Source of the DNA: the human T2T-CHM13v2.0 reference genome, Homo sapiens
Reading direction: 5' to 3' (one strand)
DNA: 64,000 bases
Assembly: GCF_009914755.1 (NCBI RefSeq)
Contig: NC_060929.1
Shown here: positions 31,541 through 46,194 of the stretch, piece by piece
Numbering within the stretch: position 1 is the stretch's first letter
Layout: the number at the start of each line of letters is the position of its first letter
Made by a program: the position numbers and the translations under genes
The notes under the pieces: generated by a model
What the model saw: only the letters and a program-made list of their open reading frames with translations
The model's database searches: none
What the model was told of the DNA's origin: nothing

Positions 31541-31837
31541 GGTCAGGTTCGCTGGCTCACGCCTGCAATCCCAGCACTTTGGGAGGCTGAGACGGGCGGA
31601 TCACGAGGTCAGGAGATCGAGACCATCCTGGCTAATATGGTGAAACCCCGTCTCCACTAAATATACAAAAAATTAGCTGGGTATGGAAGGGGGTGCCAAT
31701 AGTCCCAGCTACTCAGGAGGCTGAGGCAGGAGAATGGTGTGAACCCAGGAGGCAAAGCTTGCAGTGAGCCGAGATTACACCACTGCACTCCAGCCTGGGC
31801 GACAGAGCAAGACTCCGAAAAAAAAAAAAAAAAAAAA
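31541..31837 (+). mobile_element. AluY nested in L1
   Basis: gagatcgagaccatcctggctaa; poly(A); L1 sequence resumes at ccattaaaaagtggg. Confidence 0.95.
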
Positions 31838-32141
31838 GACACCATTAAAAAGTGGGTAGAGGACATAAACAGACACTTTTCTAAAGAGGACATATATGCG
31901 ACCAACAAACATGGAAAAAAGCTTAACATCACTGATCATCAGAGAAATGCAAATCAAAACCACAATGATATATGATCTCATGCCAGTCAGAATGACAATT
32001 ATAAAAAATTTCAAGAAACAACAGATGCTGATGAGGTTTCAGAGAAATAGGAATGCTTTTACACTGTTGGTGGGAATTAGTTCAACCATTGTGGAAAACA
32101 GTGCAGCAATTCTTCAAAGATTTAGAACCAGAAATACCATT

Positions 32142-32741
32142 TCTTGGGGTGAACAGACCCAACATCAGGTCGTGGGGGTGACGAATTCCGGCAGAGTCAA
32201 AGGAATGAGAAAAAGTCAGTTTGAGAGAGAAAAGTGGGTCCAGGGGACCATCGGGAGTTTATGGAGGCTGAGGAGGCTGAGAAGCCCCCGAGCTCTGGGA
32301 GCCCATGCTATTTATTGGTAATCCAACAAAGAAACAGGTGGTGAGAATGTGGGAATCAAAAGGGCCTGTTGCATTAAGGACATGATTTACAGCTGTGATG
32401 GTTTAGCAGTTTCTCTGCTACTTGAGATAATGGAGAGCAGGTTCTTTTAACTCAAGATACAGTCGATCCTGGGAGAGCAAGAAACAAGGAGCCAGCAAGT
32501 CTAGACACATTCCAGAGCCACGAGCCCTGGATTCTATCCAAGCCACTACAGATTTTATGCCCTGGGCTTAGATTATGGTGCATCAGGGTAGCCTTCCACC
32601 CTTTAACACAGAGCTTGGTGTTCCCAAAGCCCTCAAGGGGTTTTAGACCCCGGACCCCAGACATGTTCCAAGACTCTTTTACATTATGTCAGACATGCAA
32701 GCCCTGCCTCAGCTTCTCCCAACACTCAGCTTTTTCCAACA
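32142..32741 (-). mobile_element. ERVK solo LTR (LTR14B-like, HERV-K14) nested in L1
   Basis: Minus strand begins tgttggaaaaagctgagtgttgggagaagctgaggcagggcttgcatgtctg; TSD ccatt at 32137-32141 and 32742-32746 splits L1 gaaataccatttga. Confidence 0.85.
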
Positions 32742-34631
32742 CCATTTGAACCAGCAATCCCATTACTGAGTACATACCCAAAGGAGTATAAATCATTCTA
32801 TTATAAAGATACATGCACGCGTGTATTCCTTGCAGCACTATTCACAATAGCAAAGACATGGAATCAACCCAAATGCCCATCAATGATAGACTGGATAAAG
32901 AAAATGTGGTACGTACACACCATGGCATACTATGCAGCCATAAAAAGGAATGAGATCATGTCTTTTGCAGAGCCACTGATGAAGCTGGAAGTCATCCTCA
33001 GCAAACTACCACAGGAACAGAAAACTAAACACTGTATGTTCTCACTTATAAGTGGGGGCTGACAATGAGAAGACATGGACACGGGGAGGGGAACAACACA
33101 CACTGGGGCCTGTCAGAGGCTTGGCAGAGAGCATCAGGAAAAACAGCTAATGCATACTGGGCTTAATACCAAGGTGATAGGTTGATAGGTGCAGTAAACC
33201 ACCATGGCACACGTTTACCTATGTAACAAACCTGCAAATCCTGCACATGTACCCTGAAACTTAATAAAATAAAAAAGAAACTTCTCACCAGCCTCCCTTC
33301 TCACCCACTTAAATGTGGCAACTGGCTAGATTACTACAGGGAAACTGCTCTTGCCAAAATCATATATAATCTCCTTATTGTGAAAGCGATGTCACACCTT
33401 TGTTCTCCTCTCAAATTGAACAAAATTGACTTCTCCATTCTTGACAACACTCTGTTCCCTTGGGTGCCACCATCCACAGGGTTCCTCTCTTATCTGATTC
33501 AATGCTGATTCGGTCTTTTGTGGTTGGGGCGCATCAAGGATCAGCCCTGTGGCTGCTTCTTCATCCTCTACTACATCCTCTCTAGGCCACCTCACATAGC
33601 CTCATTTGCGAGCTGCTTACTGACTGCTCTAACATCTTTAATCTCCAGCAAAGAAGGGAGCCATAACCCGCAGCTAAAACTGAAGACCTGGTGCTGAGAA
33701 ATGAAATACTGTGAAGGACAACTTGGTACAGAATATTCTGTAAGTAGGTTGCAGTGTAGGTAAGAGAGGACTACCTCTGGAACACACCACGAGGACAGGT
33801 ATAATCCCCATTAAACATAATAGGAATCCAATGACCAAAGTTGTTGAGCTAAGAGATAGTGGTATATACACATTTTTTAAAAAAATGATATAGGCTAATA
33901 TCGAAAGAAGGAGCATGGAACTGGAAGTACCTAAAGAGCAGAATGGGAGTGTTCCCTCTTTTAGGACTCTCAGCATTATTTTTTATATTTTCTTTAAGCA
34001 ACATGCATTATTACTTGAAGATATATGTAACCAATTAATGCAAGTATAAAACTCTGAAAATGCTTTCTTTCCTGAGATCCCCACTCCTCATAGATCCCTA
34101 CAAACTTTTATACTGTCATTAAAGCTTCTCCAGCAGTTCTACCTCCTTAAATTACCTTTTTTCCCCCTATAATGGAAAAATCTTTTCTCTAACTTTTAAA
34201 TTTATCCCCCACTGTCCCAACATAAACATAAACTTATATTCAATTGTTTCATTTTTGTGACTGTAATTATTGTTTTGTCCTTTTCTAAGTAGTCTCAATT
34301 TGATCTAGTTTTCATATGTACAAAGTTTCATTTTTCTTGGAGTTAGTAATTGCCTTTGTTTTAATGTACTTAATGACCTTTGTATGTATGTACATATGTA
34401 TGTATAACCTCTATTTCAGTTAGATCTTAGAATGGATAGGAGGTGAACATATCTGATCAGTTAGCCACCTAATAAGTACCAATATTTTTGTTTGCCTGTA
34501 GAGCAATCATTATCAGCCCATAAATGTGGAACATTCTGAGTATCATAACATATTTGAAACTTGTGTTACCACATAAAATATGTATATTTTAAAAATCTAC
34601 CATGTCTAGTCTGAATTTACCAACATTCCCA

Positions 34632-35136
34632 AGTATTAGTTTTCTAATGCTGTCATATCAAATTATCATGAACTGACTGGCTAATAACAAACATTTATTT
34701 TACTACAGTTCTATAGGCTTGACGTTTGGCACAGTACTCACTGGATTAATATCAAAGTGTCAGCAGGGCTGCATTCCCTTCTGGAGGCTAGGGGGAAGAA
34801 TGTGTTTTATTGCCTTTCCATCTTCTAGAGGCTGCCTGCATTTCTTAGCTTTTGGCCCTCTTACATCAGCAACCTTGCATCTCTTTGACTATTCTCCCAT
34901 AATCACATCCCCTCTCCTCTGAATTGAATTCAGGTGGGAATGGTTCTCTGATTTTAAATACCCAGGTGCTTAGGTTGGTTCCACCTGGATACTATAGGAT
35001 GGTCTTCTTATCTCAAGGCCCCTTAGCCTTAACGACACCTGCAAAGTGTCTTTTGACAAAGGAAATAACTATTTGCAGTTCCCCTGCATTAGGAAAGATG
35101 GGCACATCTTTAAAAGACCATTATTCTGCCTACCAC
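34632..35136 (-). mobile_element. MaLR solo LTR (MLT1D-like)
   Basis: gtattagttttcta...gtgtcagcagggctgcattcccttctggaggct...cttctagaggctgcctgcatt...ccattattctgcctaccaca. Confidence 0.8.
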
Positions 35137-35554
35137 ATCTACTATCATGTTGCAATCTTATCTATAAAAATGTTTAACAACACTGGATATGTTATATTCT
35201 CTGAAAAATTATTTTATTTCCTAAGTCAAACATCTATAATAAGTAATCAACTATGATGATACAGAAAGTGAAATGCATATTCTAACAAATAGCACAGAAA
35301 TTCATCCTTAAGAAATATTTGTTAGTTAAGAATGACTATAAATAATAATTATATAAGTGCTTCCATTTATAATTGCCTCAAAACTACACTCTTAGGTAAA
35401 CTGTATCTTCATACATAAACAAGGAAATAGACAAGGTTATGTAACATGATTAGAATCACAGAATTCTTAGATTGCAATATTTGTATACCATCATTAAGTG
35501 GTAGAAGCTAAACTAGACCTAGAATTTAGGTATGCTGACTCCAAGCCAAATATA

Positions 35555-35593
35555 CATGCACACACAGACACATACACACACACACACACACAC
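35555..35593. repeat. (CA)n microsatellite
   Basis: Seen directly. Confidence 0.85.
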
Positions 35594-35627
35594 GTCTCAT
35601 AAAATATTTTAAAAATTGTACAGAATC

Positions 35628-35958
<331 letters not shown>

Positions 35959-36844
35959 TCAGAAGTTAAAAAAAAAGTCAAATGCAAACTCCTGAAGCAA
36001 AATGAATTCAACTGCATGTACTATAAAAGATAGTTATTATGACAGGACAAATTTTAGACTTGTCAATCTCAAAATAATCCTGTTAAATCAAGTCCTATGT
36101 AATGGAGCATATTCTTATTCTTTTAAGCCTTAGTATTTGCTTGCTATCATGGGCGAAATACAGAAATGGAATGGTCAGCTCCTTCTTGCTAAAGTATGTC
36201 AGCCTCCATCTTATTATATAATCACAATTATCTTTATTTTGTCAAAAGCCTGTCATACTTTTAGTAAAGAATGAAACTATGGCTGCACAGTATCATGCTG
36301 CAGGCCACTGTGACTCATGACTTTGGAAAGCAATCATTAATCAAATAAATTTAAAAAACAAGATTCAAGCACTTCTGTTTGTGATGAGTTTTGCTTCTCC
36401 TTTTAAGGAATATCTCAGTAATTCCTTAGAACTGACTGGTCCAAAGTAAATAGAAAAGAGGAAGATGAAAAAGAAACAGGAATTCTAAGTATTTCTTCAC
36501 CTAGGTTCAGATGTTTATATTTTTGCGTGATTTTTTTTCCTGACTAGAACTTCCAGAGTTTTCATCATATTATCAAAGTCCTGTGGGACACAGGAACTTA
36601 AAATCTATCTTGTGCTGACTTTAAATTGTTGCAGAGGCCAACATTAAAATAATGTTAAAAACCGATAAAAATATTTTTCTTTATAAAGAGTATTGACTAT
36701 ACACGTATATAGAAAGTATATCTTATACAAATCTGTCTCAAAAATCAGTCATTTAATGCAATTATAAACCTTACTGGTAATGCCTTGAGAAAATTAGTAT
36801 TATCATGGAGCTTTCAATTTATTCTTTTATCAGCTCCATGTTAA

Positions 36845-37235
<391 letters not shown>

Positions 37236-38434
37236 CCAATTATTTTATTTTAAATGGAACCCTTATAGCCTTACAAGGTTTGGCATGGGTTTATCCTCTT
37301 CATTTCCCAAAAATGTCCATGAAATGTTATTTCCCAAAGTACTTCCTGTATTATCTATCTCTATTAAATGTTTTCTTTCCAGATAGTATCATCGACTTAC
37401 TTGCTGGTGATTTGGGGCCCATGGAAACAATAGTAAAAACTAAAGTATTCAATCAAAGTAGAATGTGGAAAATCCTCAAAATTTATAGAGAAGACTGAGA
37501 TCATCTAGCAGAAATAGTAAAAATATTTCATTCATTGCTTCCTATGTGATTTGCATTGTCTTCATGATGCTTACAATTTAGTTCAGAAGTTCCTAATTGA
37601 ATCAAAATCAGAGAGAGATAGGTAGCTTCTGTTCTAAAGAGAATCATTCCACCTAACTTGGGATCTCATTCCTTGTTGTATCTAGAACATATCTTTGAGC
37701 CATTGGTTCTATCCTTTGTGTAATCTCAGAGAGTGGATCTGTACACTTGTCCTTTGTCCAAGTTGTCATTTTCCATTTTGTTTCAGTTATCTACTCTCTG
37801 CTTTCTTTCTTAGCTGTTTGGCCAGAATGCCCTCCACTCCGACTTCTCTTTACTATGTGTGATAGCTAAGAAATAGCTGTAGTATATTTGGAGTATTCTT
37901 TCTGTCACTTATGTTCTGGCTTCACAGTCATGACATCCCACTTGAGGGTAAAACACTAGCAGAACTAGAGAACCGAGAGCTACCACCACACCTGCAAAGC
38001 TGACTGCACTACTCATCCTCCCCTTGCTTTCCTAACCTGCATTCTAGCCATGCATAAACATGATAACAACTTTTGAAGTATAGTACTGTAGACTTTTTTG
38101 TCTTTTCCATTTTCCAAATTGTTAATCTGCCAACAAGTTGAATTACATTCATGGATTAGTCATTTACATGGATTAGTCATTCTGATTTCACGCGTACTAG
38201 TCTGCACTCCCCAATGAATTTAGAGATTAAAGGCAATGTGGGCATATAGAAAACAGTCATTATATTATTATATTTTACATTTGTGTTGAATAATTTTTAA
38301 TTTCAAAAGTTAATAGTTAAAAATTATAGTGAATTTTCTAACAGTACAGAACAGTATATACAACATTTTGAATTCTCTTTTATTCTTCCAGCTCTTTAAT
38401 TCCACTTCCCGGAGGCATCAACTTGAACAGCATG

Positions 38435-38509
<75 letters not shown>

Positions 38510-38510
38510 G
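38435..38510. repeat. (TC)n(TG)n microsatellite
   Basis: Seen directly; long near-perfect TG run. Confidence 0.97.
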
Positions 38511-40239
38511 CATGCATGCCCACACATGTGTCTATGAATAAGTATTTGGGTTAAAGTGGATCATGCTATATATACCGTTTTACAGCTAACTTTTCCATTC
38601 TACAATATATTGCGAGAATCTTTCCATATCAATCCATATAAATTTATAATATTATTTTTAATGATTACAGAGTAATATACTCATTGGTGTGCACAAGCCA
38701 CAATTTATTTAAACAGTTTGTGACTTTAAATGGTTTTTGAGAAAGCTACTTACTATAATGGTAAATATATGAAGATACAGAAGTAGATGGTATAGTAAAT
38801 AATATAGCTCATCCTATATCCTGTCTTCACCATTGAGTAACAGGGGTGTTTCCTAGGTGAAAGCTGAACTGGTAACAAAATCTCTGGTTTTAACATAATG
38901 TAACATGTCTGATTAAATTTTTTGGTATATGTGAATAGACTGACAGGAATGTCAAGCTTAGGGTTTTCAACTCAAAGTCACCTAGGGTGCACCAAAATTG
39001 TGTGAGCTGGAGTATGGAGCTTTCTCAATGTGTTACAGAACATCTAGGGCATTTCTGTCATTTAGCTGACATGCACGACGGACCACAAAATGGTGAATGT
39101 CAGCTTGCATTTTGTAGTTTTGAACAGGCAGCCTCTATTCCACTTCTCTTGCTTTAATGAAGTTGACACAAGAATTCTAGAGAAAAAAGTTCTAGTTCTA
39201 TGCATCCTGAATGAGTGTTTGAAGGTCAATTTTAGAACTTATTGTTACAAAGATCAATTAAGTATATGAGGTGAAATTATGTTTTGAATGTCATATAAAG
39301 GATCTGATGAATGATACATATTGTCTTGGGATAAGCCTAATCAAAATCCATTAATTGGTTTTACATATTTATGACTAAACCTTTGAAAAAGTTACTTAAA
39401 GGTGAACAAATCTAAGCAGACAAATACAACAATTGGATGCAAGCCAGGAAATCTTGAGCAAGAGGAAAACTTTCACTTTTTAAAATATAAAACTAAAGCC
39501 CTCACTTTATATGTGATGGCAATGCTTTGGAAATATATAAAAAGCAAGGATCTCCCTCAATAAAAATAAGTAAGTAGAATCTTCATCAATATAATCCCAG
39601 AGACAGGAAGATAGTTATTTTAATGTGATTTATTTAGCTAAAAGTAAATGTGAGGCTCTTGAGAGGGCAAACCACTGCATTAGAGAGTGATTTGGAACAT
39701 TTTTTGCAAACTAACAGAATAAAATCAACTTCGGTATAAGAAGGTAAATAAAATCTAGCAGCCAAAGATAAAAATAAATCTAGAATTAACAAATCCAGGG
39801 CTTAAGCAGTAATTAAATAACCCAGATTTCACCCTTTTGTGATAGAACAGGTACATTTAAATGCTATTAACACTTTTTTTAATTCCATTGATTTCTCCAT
39901 GGATACATATGTGAACAAATATATTAACCATCTCTTTCCTCTCAAATGGTAAAACTGTTTCTTTGGACCACTGTGCAACTAGTTTCTGGACCTACCATGT
40001 GTAACATTTGTTCCACAAAATTTAGTTCTTACCAGGTTTTTTGTAATCACTCCCAAAGGCTCATGTTAGTTCTATTGTCATTGATCCCAGGAGCCTTTTT
40101 AGATATAGGCTGTAATCCACTAGCTAAACGAAGCAAGTTTTCTCTAAAGCTCTCAGCAGAGTTTGATTTGGTGCTATGTTGCACAATTCCAAGCTGTGAG
40201 TTCTCCTGCTTATCAGTTAAAAATTAACTTTAAGATACA

Positions 40240-40729
<490 letters not shown>

Positions 40730-41439
40730 TTATGTAAAAGCATCAACGCATACTCAGGAAATTAACCTAGGAATAGTCATGAATGAGGCCTTCTAGCTAT
40801 ATTTTTTTCACTGTTGGTGGAGAAGTATTAGAATCAACTGTCAGGTAAGAAGGTCATTGGCTTAAGCTAAGCACTAAGCACTGGCTTGAAACAGAGGAGA
40901 CCAATCACAGCTGCAACCAGCCTGAAAATGCATTTGGTGTGTATTCCTTTAAAGTCATAACATTTGGTTAATTTTAGAAAAAGGAACAAATTGAGGTTTA
41001 ATGTTCATAATATATTTTTAAAAGTAGGACACACTTTATTAATAATACCATACTGGTAAATATTATTGTTATAAATAATGATGATTTTTTCCCACCTTCT
41101 GTGAACTAAATAGAATTTTCCCTGGGATCTGGGATTATGGCAAGTGGATGAATTCTATTCTACAGGCGAATTAACTACCACTGTTTCTTGACCAATACTG
41201 TTCAGATGGTATCAGTAAGTTTTAGAGCTTACCAGGTTTGTACTAAATCATGAGTCAAGTTTCAAACACAAATCAATTTCTAGTGAAAGCAATTCTGTCC
41301 CAGTGCCTCTGTTTTATTATTTTGTGATATGAAGATTGATAGCCAAAACTTTTAGAGTTGTAAAGCATGCCCCCTGAATAAGTCATTTCCTAAGATGATT
41401 TAATCAGCAGCTGTATCTTACGGAAAGTCACACTTTCCA

Positions 41440-41620
41440 AACTGAGCTGGTGATTATGCTTGTGCACTGGCTTTAAACCCCACCTTCACTACTCACCAGC
41501 TATGTGACCTTAAACAAGCATTTTGCCTCACTGGGCCTTATATAAAGTGATTCATGTAAAATGCTTCACACAATACTTGATACACAGTGAGTACTCAATA
41601 AAACTTAACTATTATTCATT
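41440..41620 (+). mobile_element. MIR relic
   Basis: cactcaccagctatgtgaccttaaacaag...gtaaaatgcttcacacaatacttgatacacagtgagtactcaataaa. Confidence 0.7.
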
Positions 41621-43010
41621 TATTATTCCAGTATAATCAACTAACTACCAAGTGTCCATTTCTTGTGTACAAGATGCTAGAGACAGAAAAGACATAAATG
41701 ATACTATCACAAAAGATATATGATCTAGTTAGGAAGGTACAATTGAAGAATGAACAGAAACGCAAGTGCACATCTGAAAATAAAAGATAAGTCATTCCAA
41801 AGTGAGTGATAGGAGAGAAGTAGGGTTAGTCAAAGAAGATTTCATGGAATAAGTGAATCCAATCCGCATCTTAAGTTAAATGAAGACTGCAGGCTAATGA
41901 AAATTGGGGAAGATGTTCTAGGCAAAGACAAATAAAAAAGTCACAGTGAAGAAAATTAACAACATGGGATGAGGAAGTGTGGTGCTGAGGTAATGTAAAT
42001 AAGAGAAAATAAAGATGCTCCACAAAAATAGAAGAAAATAAAGAGGCCCAACAGAAACAGAGAGGTCATTTGCAGGAATGTTATATAAGCTGCAGTAATT
42101 AGGAAAAAGAAACTAGACAACTGCTACAAAAATAAACAATAAAAATCAGTATAGTTTCTGGGAAGAGAAAAATAACTTGTCAAAAATTACATTTGAAACA
42201 TTGCGCCAGCAACTGTAGGCTGCATACATTGGGTCAAGGAAATACCAGAAGCACAGAGGTGGCAGGTGAAGTTCTTCAAGCAAACGAACTCTCTCTGAGG
42301 GAGTTATTAAAGGAAATAAAAGCAGAGAGCAAGGCCAAACTTGATGAAAGTCCACAATTAGCTGCAGCCTGTACAAGAGAGATATAAAAAATACAGGAGG
42401 AGAAATGAGAAGAAGGGGCATAATAAAGTACAGAAGAAAGTCTGGTCTCTAATGCACAGAGCAATGAAAAAATTGAGAAGAATATGAATTAGAAGGAGGG
42501 GGAGGCAAATTTGGGTTTGAAAATAGTTACTAGGGTAAAAACTGAAATCAGAAGGGTAGCTTGATGCCAGATCATGTAGAACTAGATCAATGTAGGATTC
42601 CTGCATTGTCCTTTTACTCAGTAAAAAATCTGAAGCAATCATGATTGGGTCTATATTTTAGAGATATAATTCTGCCCAACAGTATAAAGAAAATAATGAG
42701 GACAAAGCAAGTTGAAGGCAGGGAGATATTTAAGGGATCACCTACAAAACTCAGTGTGAGAGAAGTGGACATAGGAAAGAAGAGAAGAGGAATTTAAGAA
42801 AAATCTGAGATGTAGAATCGATATGATCTAGTGGCTAACAGGTCCTCTTAATTGCTGGTCTTTATTACAAATAAATTATCCAGTTTGGGCATAAAGAGGA
42901 AAGATTACAAAGCATTTGTTTTGAAAACGCTGAGTGTGAATGGCCTGGAGGATATGCAAATAGGCAGATACTAACTGGTATCTGGAATCTGGAAGAGAGA
43001 AGCAGTGATT
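41615..43010 (-). mobile_element. L2 relic (two pieces with an unassigned middle)
   Basis: tagtcaaagaagatttcatgga...gatgttctaggcaaag; gccagatcatgtag...tatattttagagatataattctg...ctgagtgtgaatggcctgg. Confidence 0.5.
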
Positions 43011-43925
43011 GTTTGTAGGAAAGACTGTAAACCTTAAGGTGACATGCACATATAAATATTCCTAATGTGTCTAGTTACCCAAAGAAAGTATTTTCCTAGT
43101 CTGCTGTACAGCAGTTTAAAATAGTGATCATCTTAATTGTAATTGGCTTTTATATGATGGGTACATGCTATCTATTGTATTTCAAGTTAATTCAATTTCA
43201 TTTGGAAGAATTGTTATTTCCTTGGCCATGTACAAAATTAAATTTAGTACTCTTTCTCAGGAAGTAATTTTTAGAAATATTAAAATAAAACAGACAGTAA
43301 ATTATTAATCTGTGATTCAATTTTATAAAACAAAAATCTATCTGAACAAGATGAGTCATAATGTTATGTGTAAAACTAAAAACATTTTTAAATAATATCA
43401 TTTGTATAAAAAGATCAATTGGTCTGATACATATTTGATTGTAATTTTTAAAATTTAAATATGTTTCTTTTTACAGCAGTATATTTTTCAAACAGATTCC
43501 TTAGGAGATTTAATGCAACCTTATGATCACGGAAGTGGCGAAAATTCCATCACCAATCACTCAGTTACTTCATTTGGGACCCATGACAAATAGTTGATTA
43601 GATTTTTACAGGATATATTAAAGGATACTGTCGAATTTCTTTTCAAAGTTTATATAAAGATACAGAACTCAATACAGTATAATGTACTTACATTTCCTCT
43701 CATGAGCTGTGAGTCTGGTGCTACATATTGAGGACACGATTTTTAACTTTAAAGCTCAAACTCCTATGGCATAATTATGTTGAAGATTAGTATCTCATGA
43801 CAGAATTTCCCCATTTATCCTCTCTTCTCCACAGAAATAAAACTTTTCTTTTTGTAATTAATTGTTGGGGGTTTTGTTTGTTTCTCAAGCCAACAATGCT
43901 ATCTTTCTTTGGTAGTGATAAATGT

Positions 43926-44627
43926 TTTTCCTCTTTCTTTTTTTTTCTTTGTTTTTTTTTTTTTTTGGCGATTTCTTTTCTTTTTTTTTATTATTATACT
44001 TTAAGTTTTAGGGTACATGTGCACAATATGCCAGTTAGTTACATATGTATACATGTGACATGCTGGTGCACTGTACCCACTAACTCTTCATCTAGCATTA
44101 GGTATATCTCCCAGTGCTATCCCTTCCCCCGTCCCCCCACCCCACAACAGTCCCCAGAGTGTGATGTTCTCCTTCCTGTGTCCATGTGTTCTCATTGTTC
44201 AATTCCCACCTATGAGCGAGAATATACGGTGTTTGGTTTTTTGTCCTTGCGATAGTTTACTGAGAATGATGATTTCCACTTTCATCCATGTCCCTACAAA
44301 GGACATGAACTCATCATTTTTTATGGCTGCATAGTATTCCATGGTGTATATGTGCCACATTTTCTTAATCCAGTCGATCATTGTTGGACATTTGGGTTGA
44401 TTCCAAGTCTTTGCTATTGTGAATAGTGCCGCAATAAACACGTGTGCATGTGTCTTTATAGCAGCATGATTTATAGTCCTTTGGGTATATACCCAGTAAT
44501 GGGATGGCTGGGTCAAATGGTATTTCTAGTTCTAGATCCCTGAAGAATTGCCACACTGACTTCCACAATGGTTGAACTAGTTTACAGTCCCACCAACAGT
44601 GTGAAAGTGTTCCTATTTCTCCACATC
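43926..44627 (-). mobile_element. Young L1 3' end (L1PA2/PA3-like), 5'-truncated
   Basis: ttattatactttaagttttagggtacatgtgcac...gttagttacatatgtatacatgtg...tctagcattagg; ends cctatttctccacatc. Confidence 0.93.
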
Positions 44628-45334
44628 AGTTTCACTCCATGTTATCACTGCTTCCCCTCAATTCCAGAGATGCCTTACAAATACCAAATAGAAAACCTCA
44701 GTTAAGAGAGAAGAATTTTCATGAAAAATTAATAACAATTCTGACAAAGCTACCACACATCTTAAAATGATACTCTAAAGTCATTCTCTTGACAAAATAA
44801 CTGAACCTTGAAATCTACACATTCTTTTAGAAAATACTTTTCAGCTCAAAGTAACATTTAATAAATAGTTACTGTTACATAAAATGCTAATGATGACAAT
44901 GAGGTCAGATTAGAAATCTTCAGATTAATGAAGGTAATTTATCCAAAGTGTGAGAGAAAATAAAAATATTTTTACACGTGGGGGGAGGTTACCTTAGGGC
45001 AATGTTAAGTTTCGAGCCCTGCTGTCATTATGTTAAAACCATGTATTCTAAGAACAGTATGTTCCTTTTCCTTTTTGTTAAGACTGCAATTTTTAAGTCA
45101 TTTAAATAATTCACAGAAAAAAATAGTAATCTTAAAAATTAATTCTAGTATGCCCTAGATGACAGGCAAGTGTTGAAAAAATAAATTTCTCATCTAAGCA
45201 CTATGAGTGACATGACCATCTGGAGCGCTAATTCTAAATCTTCTGAGATCACAATTAATTTTTCTTTATCCTTATACAAATATTTGCTGTGTCCTAAGGT
45301 CTTGCTCACCCAGAGCCTCTGTCCTTGTAGGTCA

Positions 45335-45933
45335 TTTTTTAAAATAGATATACACACCCAAACCTCACTTTGGTTGAGTTATAACTTACATACAGTAAAG
45401 TACACAAGTCACGCGTATGGAGCTCCATGTGTACATATCTATGTACCCCTAGAGCCTCCTAGATTAAAACATAAGTCATTTCTCACACTCCACAAAGCTC
45501 TCCTGTGCGCTTACCCAGTCAAAAATCAACCCTTGAAGGTAACCACTTTCCTAGCTAGCATCATCACAGGTCACTTTTGCCTGCTCCTGGATTTCACATG
45601 AATTGAATGTATTCTATCATGTCTGTTTTTTTTTTCCACCCAACATTATGTCCATGAGATTCATCAATATCATTGGATGAAGTAGTTTTCCTTCATTTCT
45701 GTATTTTCTTGATGAATATGCCAATTTATTTACTCTTCTTGTGGCTGATGGTCATTTGGTTATTTCCGGTTTTTTAATATAAATAATGCCACTATAGACA
45801 TTTTTTATAAGCAACTTATTTTTAATTGCTTAGTTTTAGGTTACATGTATGTTAGTTAGTGTGTTAACTTATATTAGCTTCAGAAGATGGTAACACACAG
45901 CTTCCCAACTGGTAGTACCAATGTACCCTCCCA
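45335..45933 (-). mobile_element. Ancient L1ME-like fragment (SVA target)
   Basis: ataacttacatacagtaaagtacacaag...aggtaaccactttcc...caacattatgtccatgagattcatc...gctgatggtcatttgg. Confidence 0.65.
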
Positions 45934-45951
45934 CTATTCAATGTATTTTCT

Positions 45952-46194
45952 TTTTTTTTTTCTTTTTTTTTTTTTTTACATGCAGTATGATTTATTTTAT
46001 ATAATGTTCAAAAGCTTGCAAAAACAGCATATTGTTTACAGATGCATATTTTGGAGGTAAAATTATGAAGAAAAGCGAGATCATTATAAACAAAATTTAG
46101 GAGGGGGCTGGGATGGAGAAGGGCATGCAAAAGGGCTTTAACGTGTTGGTTGTAATCTGTATCTTAAACTGGTTATGGGTAGTAGGGTGTCCAG
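45952..46194 (-). other. SVA 3' transduction (217 bp) plus terminal poly(A)
   Basis: Lies between two poly(T) tracts and inside TSD ctattcaatgtattttct (45934-45951, 47358-47375); minus-strand AATAAA 13 nt before the terminal tail. Confidence 0.9.

Larger units (their letters stand above)
31282..33276 (+). mobile_element. Older primate L1 (L1PA11-13-like), 5'-truncated with 5' inversion, interrupted by AluY and an LTR
   Basis: 31282-31401 antisense ORF2; sense ORF2 end and 3'UTR from 31402 to the A-rich tail; degenerate TSD aaa(g)gaaact. Confidence 0.9.
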
